The translations under genes and the position numbers were made by a program. A stretch of 64,000 nucleotides of DNA from an uncultured virus (IMG/VR IMGVR_UViG_3300028800_000075) (lineage: Duplodnaviria; Heunggongvirae; Uroviricota; Caudoviricetes), in the IMG/VR virus record IMGVR_UViG_3300028800_000075. The stretch is one strand, 5' to 3'. The notes under the pieces are model-generated. The model worked only from the letters and a program-made list of their open reading frames with translations. It was not told the origin of the DNA and searched no databases. Below, piece after piece: positions 9,807-19,004 of the stretch (the first letter of the stretch is position 1; each line of letters starts with the position of its first letter).

Positions 9807-10150
9807 GCGAGCAGCGTCCACTTTCCACCCAAGGTGCGGTACTCGATCGGGTGACCCAACTCCACCGCGTGGGCAATGCCGTATTCCATGCCGCGACTGG
9901 TACCTAGATCAGTGTAGACGACGGTCTTGTGGGCGCACTCGCGCCAGGCGAAACCCGCCGCGATGCCACGTTCACGCTCCTCGGGAATTTCATCACGTAG
10001 GACGTTGGGTTGGGTGTAGAGGGCATGGCTGACGAAGGGTGCCTCGCCCCGTTGCAGGCAGTCCTGCATGCAGGCACGGACGTAGAGGAGATTTTTCTCC
10101 ACGTCACCGGCAAACGGGCTCTCGATGATGACACGTTGCATGGTTTTCAC
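9803..10150 (-). CDS. Nucleoside deoxyribosyltransferase-like (DUF4406-like) protein
   Basis: VIIESPFAGDVEKN...APFVSHALY...SRGMEYGI; GTGA start with GAGGAG RBS. Confidence 0.75.
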   Translation of the reverse strand: MKTMQRVIIESPFAGDVEKNLLYVRACMQDCLQRGEAPFVSHALYTQPNVLRDEIPEERERGIAAGFAWRECAHKTVVYTDLGTSRGMEYGIAHAVELGHPIEYRTLGGKWTLLA

Positions 10151-12057
10151 GGTAGCTCCTCGGGTGGCGTACGATTGATGGTGATGTGAGGCGTCGTCGT
10201 CTGACCATCCCAGGGGCGGTGCCACACCCAACCCCCGAGCTTGGCCTTCATGTCGGCGGCCTTGGCGTCGATCATGGCGTCAGTGACATCGGCCCAAGGT
10301 ACCCCGAACATGTAGTTGTTGGCCCCGGTGTCGGCAGTGTCCTGATTGTACAGTGCGCGCCAATGGTTCTGCCAGTAATCACGATACAGCGTGATCTTGC
10401 GTTTGAGGTCGATCCAACTGTAGTGAAAGACGCACGGTAGGCCATTGATGACCTGATTGAACCATTGCTGATACTGCAGGCGTGCCTGTTCGTTGCCCAA
10501 CAATGCCATGCGGCGAACGTTGTCGACTTCGGGTGCGTTGAAGCTGACGTGGCCTAGTGGTTCGAATGTATCCACGTGAATCATGTCGCAGCCGTCGGTG
10601 CCCTCGGCGGCATAGAGGAGCCCGTCAGCATCAGCGCGGCGCAGGGACGCCGGAATGCCGTGAGTGATGTGGGGTGCGTTGCGGCTCAGGCGCCACTTGG
10701 CCGGGTTGACGTCACACCTGATCTTGTCCCACCCACCCCATCCCTCGATGACGGGTAGCGACATGATGTCGACGCCGACCGGGATGGCACGGCACAGGCC
10801 GTGGATCTTCTTAGCGTCGTCGGGGTGCACTACCTCGTCGGCGTCCATTTGCCAACAAAAGTCACCGGTGCACATGCGACGGGCTTCAGCCTTCTGCATG
10901 CCGTCGAAGATCGGGTGGCGCTTCGATGACCAATCACGCTTGACCTGCTTGACTTTGATACGTGGATCAGAAGACTCGAGAAATTGCAACGCTTCCCACG
11001 TGCCATCTGTCGACCCACCGTCGACGATGCAGATCTCATCGCAGAATTCTCCCATCGACTCAATGCAACGCAAGTACGGATACTGTTGCTTGACGGCGTT
11101 ATAGGTCGTGGTGTAACCGCTGATCTTGGGTCGATAGTCCATCATCGACTTGATGCCGTTCCAGAAGTGCTGGCGAGCAACGAAGAGGTAGCCTTCGATC
11201 GCTTCCACGTCGTCGGTCGCAAACCACTCCTCGTCCTTGTGCATCACGTGTTCATTGAGCTGCAACTTGCAGCCCAACAACTTGGCCTCGATGACCATGC
11301 GGGGGCAGGTATCGCCGCCTTTGGGGAGGTAGACGAAGCCTTCGGCTTGGGCCAACTTTTCCAACACTTGGTCGTAGGGCAGGTTCCACACCACTTCGAA
11401 CTGCTTGCCATTGTCAGCACACCACCGCTTGGCATCATCGGAGCCCTTGATCCAGCTGTCACTGCCCAACACGATCCAACCTGATCGAGGCGTGTCCTGG
11501 TCCTTGGTTCGGAGTGCCTTGAGGTACCCCAACGTTCTGTCGTCAAAGACGCTGGAGAGCACCGTGTTTGACTTGTTGACTAAGAACGGGAAGGTTGTCA
11601 GGTACCGCTCCTTCTGTTTTTCGCTCATCCACCAGTTGCCCATCGACCCGTAGAAGAACGTGCTGATGATCTTACCCGTGATGTCGTTCGAGCAGTCACA
11701 GGGCAGGCAAGTGGCGTGGAGGTGCTTTTCGGGTGAGCGGAATTTGCAGTACTTGAAGTCATACTCGACAATGCTGTACTTTAGGTTACCGACGATCGAT
11801 GGAATCAGCTGAAAATTGAGCTGACTAAAATTACCGAAGATCCAGAACAATCCCACGCCTGCTTGCAATAGCTCGAGCGTGACGTCTTTGCTGTGAAGCT
11901 TGAAGACCTCGAAAGGACTGGAGTCGATGAGGGCCTGTGTCGTCAGTTCTGCTCCTCCGACGTAGTCGCTGACAAACATGTCAGAAACAACGATGACTTT
12001 CGCCGTTAGTGGAATGGTGATCCGCTGATCTTGAAAGACGCTCTTTTGAAAGTCCAC
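10147..12057 (-). CDS. Bifunctional glycosyltransferase (GT-B N-half + GT2 C-half)
   Basis: GGAE N-terminus, DTCPRMVIEAKLLGC; then ISGYTTTYN, IVDGGSTDGT, QMDADE. Confidence 0.9.
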   Translation of the reverse strand: MDFQKSVFQDQRITIPLTAKVIVVSDMFVSDYVGGAELTTQALIDSSPFEVFKLHSKDVTLELLQAGVGLFWIFGNFSQLNFQLIPSIVGNLKYSIVEYDFKYCKFRSPEKHLHATCLPCDCSNDITGKIISTFFYGSMGNWWMSEKQKERYLTTFPFLVNKSNTVLSSVFDDRTLGYLKALRTKDQDTPRSGWIVLGSDSWIKGSDDAKRWCADNGKQFEVVWNLPYDQVLEKLAQAEGFVYLPKGGDTCPRMVIEAKLLGCKLQLNEHVMHKDEEWFATDDVEAIEGYLFVARQHFWNGIKSMMDYRPKISGYTTTYNAVKQQYPYLRCIESMGEFCDEICIVDGGSTDGTWEALQFLESSDPRIKVKQVKRDWSSKRHPIFDGMQKAEARRMCTGDFCWQMDADEVVHPDDAKKIHGLCRAIPVGVDIMSLPVIEGWGGWDKIRCDVNPAKWRLSRNAPHITHGIPASLRRADADGLLYAAEGTDGCDMIHVDTFEPLGHVSFNAPEVDNVRRMALLGNEQARLQYQQWFNQVINGLPCVFHYSWIDLKRKITLYRDYWQNHWRALYNQDTADTGANNYMFGVPWADVTDAMIDAKAADMKAKLGGWVWHRPWDGQTTTPHITINRTPPEELP

Positions 12058-12133
12058 TGTGTCACACCTCGAACCAATAGTACGTTCTCATTTAGCATGT
12101 GTTCACACATTGCGACAAACTCCTTCAATGCCG

Positions 12134-12140
12134 ATACTTA
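12134..12140 (+). promoter_or_regulatory. Putative late promoter motif ATACTTA
   Basis: Intergenic at the divergence point. Confidence 0.5.
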
Positions 12141-12160
12141 CCCCCAAGAGCCCTGTACTG

Positions 12161-12285
12161 TCTTTAAGTTCTGTATAGATCTTAAGAGATCTTAAGGGAA
12201 AGCGGTTGAGGACGAGCGGTGAGCTTCAGCAGTCAGTCTTAAGCAGATTTAACGCGCGCGAGAAACCTACCAAATCTCAAGATCA
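12161..12285. repeat. Cluster of AGATCTTAAG-like short repeats at the strand-divergence point
   Basis: Perfect tandem AGATCTTAAG x2 (12177-12196) plus TCTTTAAG, GTCTTAAG, AGATTTAA, AATCTCAAG. Confidence 0.55.
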
Positions 12286-12299
12286 ACGTAAAGACAACA

Positions 12300-12566
12300 A
12301 TGACATTCGCTAACGTTAGAGACATCATCACCTTGTTTCTGGCAATTCTCGGCAGCGTGTCGGGGTGTTGGGCATATGTCCAAAAACGCAGTTTTAAGCA
12401 ACAGGCACAACTCGTTGACAAATTAGCCGACATGGTGAAAGAGACGAAGGAAGTGAAAGAAGCGCTTGTGACTCACATTCGAGAGGATACTAGCGTACAG
12501 GCTACGATCGCAACGACCCTTAAGATATGGGTCGATCGCATGCAACGCGAGGAAGACAAGCGATGA
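12300..12566 (+). CDS. Small single-TM protein with coiled coil (holin-like topology)
   Basis: IITLFLAILGSVSGCWAYV TM followed by charged helix. Confidence 0.6.
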   Translation: MTFANVRDIITLFLAILGSVSGCWAYVQKRSFKQQAQLVDKLADMVKETKEVKEALVTHIREDTSVQATIATTLKIWVDRMQREEDKR

Positions 12567-12699
12567 ATTATCCTCATCACGTCACGAAGGAGAGCGTCGA
12601 ATGACAGCCGAAGCGCTACAACTCAGGCACGTATATGCGCAGATCTTGCTGATGTTACGGATCTTGAGCCAACGCCACAATTAAGAGTACTATCAACGG

Positions 12700-13920
12700 G
12701 TGAAGGTCGTTCATCCCAGCGTTAGTGTGGCCACCGCATTGCAGCGTGTCTGCACGTTACTTGAAGATCTCAGCGGTCGACGTTTTTTAGCGCGGGGCAA
12801 AGAACACCTAAATGTTCACACTCGGATGCAGGCTGCCTTTGCTCTAAAGTTTGCGAGCGTGCTCGAGCAAGCGCTGTACGAGATTATCATGGCCCATGCA
12901 CTTGCGGCTGAAAAATTGAGCCCAGGTGGTTTTGATCGGTGCCTTGTGTTGTTGATGGATGAGTTAGCGTCGAGTCCCGACGTCAGTCCATCCCGCCTTC
13001 ATGAAACGATTGAACCCAAGCATCCGACGTCAATTGATGTCGATCGAGTCGTGTTAACACATGCCGCCATGGCCATTTATCCCGGGACTAAGGCCATGAT
13101 CCGTGAGGCTTTGGGCCTTGCTGGATTTGCCGGGCGAATCATCATTGAAAAAACGCTAGCGTTGACGCCGTCCGTTGAACTTGTCAATGGTTACACTTTC
13201 AACCTGCAGAAATTATTGCCCATTGACGTCAACATCGTCAAGCCTCGCGTTTTTTGCATTGACGGATACCTTGAAGAAGTGGCGGAAATACATCACTTGC
13301 TCGAGGCTGCGGCTGATGCTAAGGAACCATGCATCATGTTCGTTCGGGGGTTAGCTGATGACGTCAAGCACACTCTCAAGGTCAATTATGATCGAGGCAG
13401 CCTTCGTGTAATACCCATTGGCGTTAGGTTTGACCTCGAGGGCATGAATACTCTGATCGATCTGTCGATGGTCGCTGGTTGTGACCTAGTGTCGAGCTTG
13501 AAGGGTGACCTCATCAGTGCAATCAAGTTTCAGGAAGCGCCCAGAGTTGACCAAGTGATCACTTTCAAGGATCAGGTGGTTGTCACAAACCTGGTCACCC
13601 GCCGGCGCGTTGCGGCACATGTCGCTGAGCTCCGTGCCAGACGAGAAGGCGAAGCGATCGATGACAAGGCCGGCCTATTCGACAAACGGATTCGATCACT
13701 GTCGCCGAATCACGTTGTCATTAGGTTGCCCGATGATAAGGACTTTGTCGTCAATTCACAAGCCATTGATTATGCCCTGCGCGCGACCGGATCACTGATC
13801 GGTCATGGCACCTTCGGCGCCGGCGGCCTCGCGGCGACTGAGGCCGCATCACGGGCGTATGCGAGCCGTTGCGTGGGTGTATTACGAGAAATAGGGGACG
13901 CCGTCACTCAGGATTCTTGA
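12700..13920 (+). CDS. Degenerate GroEL/Cpn60-like chaperonin
   Basis: Apical-domain-like GRIIIEK..VELVNGYTF, IHHLLEAA..KEPCIMFVRG..DDVKHTLKVN, LIDLSMVAG; GDGTT absent. Confidence 0.75.
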   Translation: MKVVHPSVSVATALQRVCTLLEDLSGRRFLARGKEHLNVHTRMQAAFALKFASVLEQALYEIIMAHALAAEKLSPGGFDRCLVLLMDELASSPDVSPSRLHETIEPKHPTSIDVDRVVLTHAAMAIYPGTKAMIREALGLAGFAGRIIIEKTLALTPSVELVNGYTFNLQKLLPIDVNIVKPRVFCIDGYLEEVAEIHHLLEAAADAKEPCIMFVRGLADDVKHTLKVNYDRGSLRVIPIGVRFDLEGMNTLIDLSMVAGCDLVSSLKGDLISAIKFQEAPRVDQVITFKDQVVVTNLVTRRRVAAHVAELRARREGEAIDDKAGLFDKRIRSLSPNHVVIRLPDDKDFVVNSQAIDYALRATGSLIGHGTFGAGGLAATEAASRAYASRCVGVLREIGDAVTQDS

Positions 13921-14884
13921 GTGCCCCAATGTCATCAAGAGCGTCCAACAGTGCCTGCGCGCTAGCATCATTGAGGCCAACCTTTTTGAAGACATCGCTG
14001 TCTTTCAAGCGATTGAACGCCTTCTGCTTGTGATCGGTGACCGCTCCTCCACCGCCCCTTTTCGTGCCCGGAGGTTGCGCCGGGTGTTCGCCGGTTGGTG
14101 TGGTCTTTGTTGTCACAGTGGTCTGCTTGGGTGGTTCGCCCGGTTGTGTTTGAGCCGATGGCACTGTGGGTTCTGTCGTGTTACCACTCTTGGTCTGTAC
14201 GTCGCCTTGGCCGGTGATCTGTGTTTTTAGATCAGGGGCTACATCAGCCGCCTTTGCACCCGTTTGAATTTTTTTGGCGATTTGAGAGAAGACGTTGACG
14301 GGAACCTTGATCAGTTCTTGTGCCAACGCTTGCCCATCAACATACGGGACTTTCTTGAACGTTCCATAGATGCCGCCCGGTGACAGGGCTTTACGAAGTT
14401 GGGCCGTGATTGATTTGAGTTTCTTTTCAGCGTCATTACCCGTGCCCACGATCGTCAACAAACTCTTAGTAGTGTCGGCTCCTTGGAGATCGACGCCGTT
14501 GTTATTGAGGATGGTCGGGACCTGTGAGAATCCCTTCTCAAGCGCACTAGCGAAAGTCGTCACCTTGACGATGGGGTTATCAACGCCGACCAATCCCTTG
14601 ATTTTGCTCCAGGCTTTGGTGAGTGGGCCACCCACGGTGTACTTGTTGATTTCAGCCTGTGCTTGCTCGATTGCCTTTGATAAGACGGGAAGTTGGGGAT
14701 TTTTGACGGTAGAGAGTTTTTGGATGATGGCGGTGACCTTGTTGAGGTCGTCTTCATTCATTGCCTCAATCAACAGGTTGGCTACGCGGTGTTCACGCAT
14801 GAGCTGTTCATCGATCCTTTGCAATCGTTCGTTGAGCGACTGATATTTTCGTTCGGTGCGCCGCTCTTTGAGTGATTTGGCCAT
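13904..14884 (-). CDS. Hypothetical, probably late/virion-associated protein
   Basis: Upstream ATACTTA and AAGGA RBS; LKE/LNE/LIE sites in the N-terminus. Confidence 0.75.
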   Translation of the reverse strand: MAKSLKERRTERKYQSLNERLQRIDEQLMREHRVANLLIEAMNEDDLNKVTAIIQKLSTVKNPQLPVLSKAIEQAQAEINKYTVGGPLTKAWSKIKGLVGVDNPIVKVTTFASALEKGFSQVPTILNNNGVDLQGADTTKSLLTIVGTGNDAEKKLKSITAQLRKALSPGGIYGTFKKVPYVDGQALAQELIKVPVNVFSQIAKKIQTGAKAADVAPDLKTQITGQGDVQTKSGNTTEPTVPSAQTQPGEPPKQTTVTTKTTPTGEHPAQPPGTKRGGGGAVTDHKQKAFNRLKDSDVFKKVGLNDASAQALLDALDDIGALKNPE

Positions 14885-14912
14885 TGCGAGTTCCTTCGTT
14901 GTTTACTGTAGC

Positions 14913-14919
14913 TAAGTAT
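14913..14919 (-). promoter_or_regulatory. Putative late promoter motif ATACTTA (minus strand)
   Basis: TAAGTAT on + strand, oriented toward gene 14884. Confidence 0.6.
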
Positions 14920-14946
14920 GCGGTTAGATTCGACTAGGTGAAGAGC

Positions 14947-15225
14947 ATGAACAAGAAGAGCCCGGCAGAACAAATTAACCTCGCGTCCATGAACTTGATG
15001 AACGCGGCTAAGGACGCGGTGACCACGAACATCATGACTGCGGTTCGTACCTCAAAAGTGGATGTCAAACCAGAACAACTTTCAACGCTGTTGTTGATCG
15101 TCAATGCCTCAGTTGAGGAGGGATACCAGAGAGGATTTCGTTTCTTTTCTCACGTAGTCAATACTGCACTCACCGAGGCCGTCACCGATGCGACAATGCC
15201 CGCACTGACAAAGAAGAAGTCATAA
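14947..15225 (+). CDS. Hypothetical protein
   Basis: ORF; first of a + strand block. Confidence 0.7.
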   Translation: MNKKSPAEQINLASMNLMNAAKDAVTTNIMTAVRTSKVDVKPEQLSTLLLIVNASVEEGYQRGFRFFSHVVNTALTEAVTDATMPALTKKKS

Positions 15226-15260
15226 CGCTAAAGGTGACTACGACGCCGAAGGGTGAATGA

Positions 15261-15728
15261 ATGGCGACCGGGCTAAAACACTTGATCACTTGCCGCTGTG
15301 TGTTGCCCCAATTCAAGCGGCGTGAAAATCCACCGCAACATCAATTTGTCGTGTTTTCGATCCTAGATGATAATGATGCTGTTCAACCTAAGTTCGTGCA
15401 GTGTAATAATTGTGGAATCATTCACAAAGTAATTGAAGTCAATCGATCGGTAATTGTGGCCGGCCGAGAAGACATGAAGTCAATTGCTGACATTGATGAC
15501 ATCAAATTGAATCTGTCACCCAATTTGTCGGCACTACTCGAGCAAAATAATGCTGATCTACCTACTTGGGAGGCGGTTCAGTATGCAATTGTCAATGAAC
15601 AATGGGGTAGTTTTATCGTCTTGTCGACCGATGAAGAAGACGGTCTCAAGCAGGGAAAATACGTTCGAATTTTAGGTCAGAATATGTTCAAGGTTGAAAC
15701 TTTCACTCGAGAGGAAGTGGTGAGGTAA
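15261..15728 (+). CDS. Zn-binding hypothetical protein
   Basis: CRC...CNNCG. Confidence 0.75.
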   Translation: MATGLKHLITCRCVLPQFKRRENPPQHQFVVFSILDDNDAVQPKFVQCNNCGIIHKVIEVNRSVIVAGREDMKSIADIDDIKLNLSPNLSALLEQNNADLPTWEAVQYAIVNEQWGSFIVLSTDEEDGLKQGKYVRILGQNMFKVETFTREEVVR

Positions 15729-15732
15729 TAAC

Positions 15733-16002
15733 GTGGTGACCTATGGACAGTCGCAGGCGGAAAAGTTGGCGGCGGAGAATGAAGTTTGCCGTCAGATCGT
15801 TCGAGAAGTTGCAAACTTAGGAATCAGTCAGCGACAGGCATTATTCGTGATGTACTTGATGGCGACTGAACTCGAGAATGGAGAGCACATGAAAGCTCTC
15901 ACTCGTTTAGTTCGAGAGTTGGGAGGCGATGATTTATTCCTGATTGGCAAACCCCTAGTTGATGTTGAAATGGGAGGTACTCATGGGACGATCGACGGTT
16001 GA
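15733..16002 (+). CDS. Hypothetical protein
   Basis: GAGG RBS, GTG start. Confidence 0.7.
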   Translation: MVTYGQSQAEKLAAENEVCRQIVREVANLGISQRQALFVMYLMATELENGEHMKALTRLVRELGGDDLFLIGKPLVDVEMGGTHGTIDG

Positions 16003-16588
16003 AAATAGTGCGCATGGTCGTACTCATTCAGAGTCAGTTGACATGGAACCTGAACAGGCCATGGCGATGGCAGCACAGAATTCAAGGATCGTTTTTCTCC
16101 ATGGAGATGTCACTGAACACTCGATTTCTAACGTTACAGCACAGATGCTGTTCTTGGCCAACATCAATAACAATCCAATTCACTTGCTAGTGTCCACGTA
16201 CGGTGGTTCAGTCGATGAGATGTTCAGTCTCTATGATCTAATCAGATTTCTACCGTGTCCTGTGCAGACAGTTGCTCTCGGCAAAGTCATGAGCGCGGGA
16301 GTTTTGATCTTGGCCTCAGGTGTCAAGGGTAAGCGTTTGATGGGTGCATCGTCTCGTATCATGATGCACTCCTTATCAGGGGGTGCCATGGGCAATGTTT
16401 TTGAAGTTGAGAATCATGCCGTTGAAATGAAACGAGTTCATGAGCTAACGGTGACTGCCATGGCACGAGAGACAAAGATGACCAAAGAACAAGTTGCGGC
16501 GATCATGGATCCGAAGCTAGACTACTTTGTCACCCCGAAACAGGCGCTCAAAATGGGGATAATTGACAGGATAATCGGCGCAGAGTGA
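15983..16588 (+). CDS. clpP: ClpP-family protease proteolytic subunit
   Basis: RIVFLHG, STYGGSV, VMSAG (Ser), RIMMH (His), LDYF..A..GIID; GGAGG RBS before ATG 15983. Confidence 0.93.
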   Translation: MGRSTVENSAHGRTHSESVDMEPEQAMAMAAQNSRIVFLHGDVTEHSISNVTAQMLFLANINNNPIHLLVSTYGGSVDEMFSLYDLIRFLPCPVQTVALGKVMSAGVLILASGVKGKRLMGASSRIMMHSLSGGAMGNVFEVENHAVEMKRVHELTVTAMARETKMTKEQVAAIMDPKLDYFVTPKQALKMGIIDRIIGAE

Positions 16589-16628
16589 TGGTGTAAATCT
16601 CTAACGTGGTGGGGTATGGTAGGCTGAC

Positions 16629-18308
16629 ATGGTACAGCCTGATTATCAGCAATATTTTCCATTTGCGTCAATTCGAGATGAACAACGTGCCGCGATTGAA
16701 TTTGTACTTGATGCATTCCTGGTTAAAAACAAGCGTTTTTGTATACTAGAGATCGGCACAGGCGGAGGTAAATCTGCCATCGGCGTGACGCTCGCGCGCT
16801 ATCTTGCTGAGCACGGTGGAAAGACAGTTGCGCCCCCGATACTGGGGTTTGAGGACGGCGATGACATTGAGACGACGGGAGCTTACGTCCTGACGACGCA
16901 GAAGATCCTGCAACAACAATACATGACTGACTTCGGTCCATCGTCGGGTCGCAACCTGATGAGGTCGTTGAAATCAGCCAACAACTATGAGTGCAGGTTC
17001 TACAGTGATCAAACGTGTGCAGAGTCACGACGATTGTTGAAACAGTTGGGAAAGCAACTCGAGGGTACAGAATTTCACAAGTGTTGCATGGGTAGTTGTC
17101 CATACATGATTGACAAGCAGGAGTTCATTGAATTTCCGGTTGGCATCACCAACTTTTCGTATTTCATGGCTGAGACGATGTATGCCAAGCAGTTGCAACC
17201 AAGATCACTAATGATAATTGACGAGGCACATAACATCGAGTCAGAGTTGGGAAAATTCGTTGAAGTAACCTTCTCGGAGAGGTTTGCTAAGCAACTGGGA
17301 TGTAAGGTACCCAAGCTGAACACTCCTGAGGATGTCATTACGTGGATCAGCGGGCCTTACAAGAAGGCCGTGACCAAGTCAATGAATGAGCTGGGCAAAA
17401 AGTTGTCCGTACACTTTGATAACGTTGCGACCGCTGGATTGGGTGACGTTAGCAAGAAATTTGAGATGCTCGACAAGCACTTGTGTAAGGTCAATCGCTT
17501 CATCGAAACTTATGATCCTACCAATTGGATTATGAATCCTGTCAAGACGCCGGCAAATGAAGCCCGTGGCGGGCGCAAGTTTGAGTTTAAACCCGTTGAT
17601 GTGTCAGGATTTGGTCATGAACACCTCTATCGATTTGGTAGTCGTGTCATCATGATGTCAGCATCAATCGTTGACAAGGACACCTTTTGCAAGTCGATAG
17701 GCGTGGTTCCTTCCGATGTGGCCTACCTCAAATTACCATCGCCATTTCCTGTTGAAAATCGTCCTATCCATTACTTGGGTGTGGGTAGCATGTCAATGAA
17801 TTGCATTGACCAGACATTGCCCAAGCTCGCAGCGACAGTCAAGGACTTGCTTGAGTTACACAAGACCGACAAGGGCATCATCCATGCCGGGACATATAAG
17901 ACGGCGCAGTACCTCATTGATCACGTCAAATCGACACGTTTGTTGCTGCATAATAGCGAGAATCGCGAAGAAACAATTCACTTGCACCTGCAGAGTCCCA
18001 ATCCAACAGTTCTAGTTAGTCCTTCAATGACTGAAGGTGTTGACTTAGCTGACGACGCCAGCAGGTTTCAGATCCTATGCAAAGTACCTTTCCCATACCT
18101 AGGTGACAAGGTTATTCAACTTCGAAAAGCCAGGAATTCAAGTTGGTATGCATGCCAGACGGCACGTACAATCATTCAAGCTTTGGGTCGATCTATCCGC
18201 AACGAGGCTGATCATGCCACGTCATACATTCTCGACGCAGACTGGCTTCGCTTTTATCGAACCAATGCAGCAATGTTTCCTCCGGAATTTTTACTTGCAT
18301 TATCATAA
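16629..18308 (+). CDS. dinG: DinG/XPD-family helicase
   Basis: Q motif, GTGGGKS, Cys cluster, DEAH, EGVD, KVPFP, QALGRSIR. Confidence 0.9.
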   Translation: MVQPDYQQYFPFASIRDEQRAAIEFVLDAFLVKNKRFCILEIGTGGGKSAIGVTLARYLAEHGGKTVAPPILGFEDGDDIETTGAYVLTTQKILQQQYMTDFGPSSGRNLMRSLKSANNYECRFYSDQTCAESRRLLKQLGKQLEGTEFHKCCMGSCPYMIDKQEFIEFPVGITNFSYFMAETMYAKQLQPRSLMIIDEAHNIESELGKFVEVTFSERFAKQLGCKVPKLNTPEDVITWISGPYKKAVTKSMNELGKKLSVHFDNVATAGLGDVSKKFEMLDKHLCKVNRFIETYDPTNWIMNPVKTPANEARGGRKFEFKPVDVSGFGHEHLYRFGSRVIMMSASIVDKDTFCKSIGVVPSDVAYLKLPSPFPVENRPIHYLGVGSMSMNCIDQTLPKLAATVKDLLELHKTDKGIIHAGTYKTAQYLIDHVKSTRLLLHNSENREETIHLHLQSPNPTVLVSPSMTEGVDLADDASRFQILCKVPFPYLGDKVIQLRKARNSSWYACQTARTIIQALGRSIRNEADHATSYILDADWLRFYRTNAAMFPPEFLLALS

Positions 18309-18389
18309 CCATTCAGTGTGACTCAAGAGCCATGTCTGTTTTACAGACTACACCAGAGTGGTATCATTGTCGGTGGAGGATCTTACATA

Positions 18390-18602
18390 ATGGAAACTGA
18401 CAATCAAGTGATCGCAAAGTGGAATGAAATCAAAGAATTGATGGCATCGCACGAACTCGACGTTGCCAAGAATGCACGTGGTACGGCAGCAGCTGGTCTT
18501 CGTGTTCGAAAATGCTTGCGTGAGGTGCGAAACAAGGCGGCCGCGCTGGTCAAGTTGACGATTGAACTTGACAAGGGTAAGAAATCACAACCCACGGAAT
18601 AG
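18390..18602 (+). CDS. Histone H1-like (Hc1-family) small protein
   Basis: DVAKNARGTAAAGLRVRK pattern; GGAGGA RBS. Confidence 0.7.
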   Translation: METDNQVIAKWNEIKELMASHELDVAKNARGTAAAGLRVRKCLREVRNKAAALVKLTIELDKGKKSQPTE

Positions 18603-18615
18603 GCTTAATTTCGTT

Positions 18616-18646
18616 GATGAAACCTCGGCATGATCGAGGTTTTGTC
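18616..18646. terminator. Bidirectional terminator between convergent genes
   Basis: AAACCTCG-GCATGAT-CGAGGTTTT hairpin. Confidence 0.7.
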
Positions 18647-18661
18647 GTTTAAGAAACATGA

Positions 18662-18940
18662 TCAACTATTGTTTCGAATCTTTTCAAAAATGCTTTTTTC
18701 GATTTGACAAATTCTCATCCTGGTTAGGCCATAGATTTGACCAATGTGTTGTAGCGTGTGTGGTCCATCTTGTGCAGCAATGTGTACACAATTATGGCCT
18801 TTAGCATATGAAATCCAGTGAGGACATCTGCTTCGTTGACAATCTACGTCTGCCTTTGCATGCACCGCAAAACAGGTGGTACCGTCAACGACTTTATGTT
18901 CATTTTGAACGACCTTCAAGTGTTTCTTATTTTCTTGCAT
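18662..18940 (-). CDS. Sigma-70 region 4 HTH protein with a Cys-rich N-terminus
   Basis: HTLQHIGQIYGLTRMRICQIEKSIFEKIR matches the TLxEIG...TRERIRQIE pattern. Confidence 0.8.
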   Translation of the reverse strand: MQENKKHLKVVQNEHKVVDGTTCFAVHAKADVDCQRSRCPHWISYAKGHNCVHIAAQDGPHTLQHIGQIYGLTRMRICQIEKSIFEKIRNNS

Positions 18941-19004
18941 GGTGGGGTGACCTACCTAATATAATGCAACATAGAACCCTCGTGTACAAGAGATTCAAGG
19001 TGAA

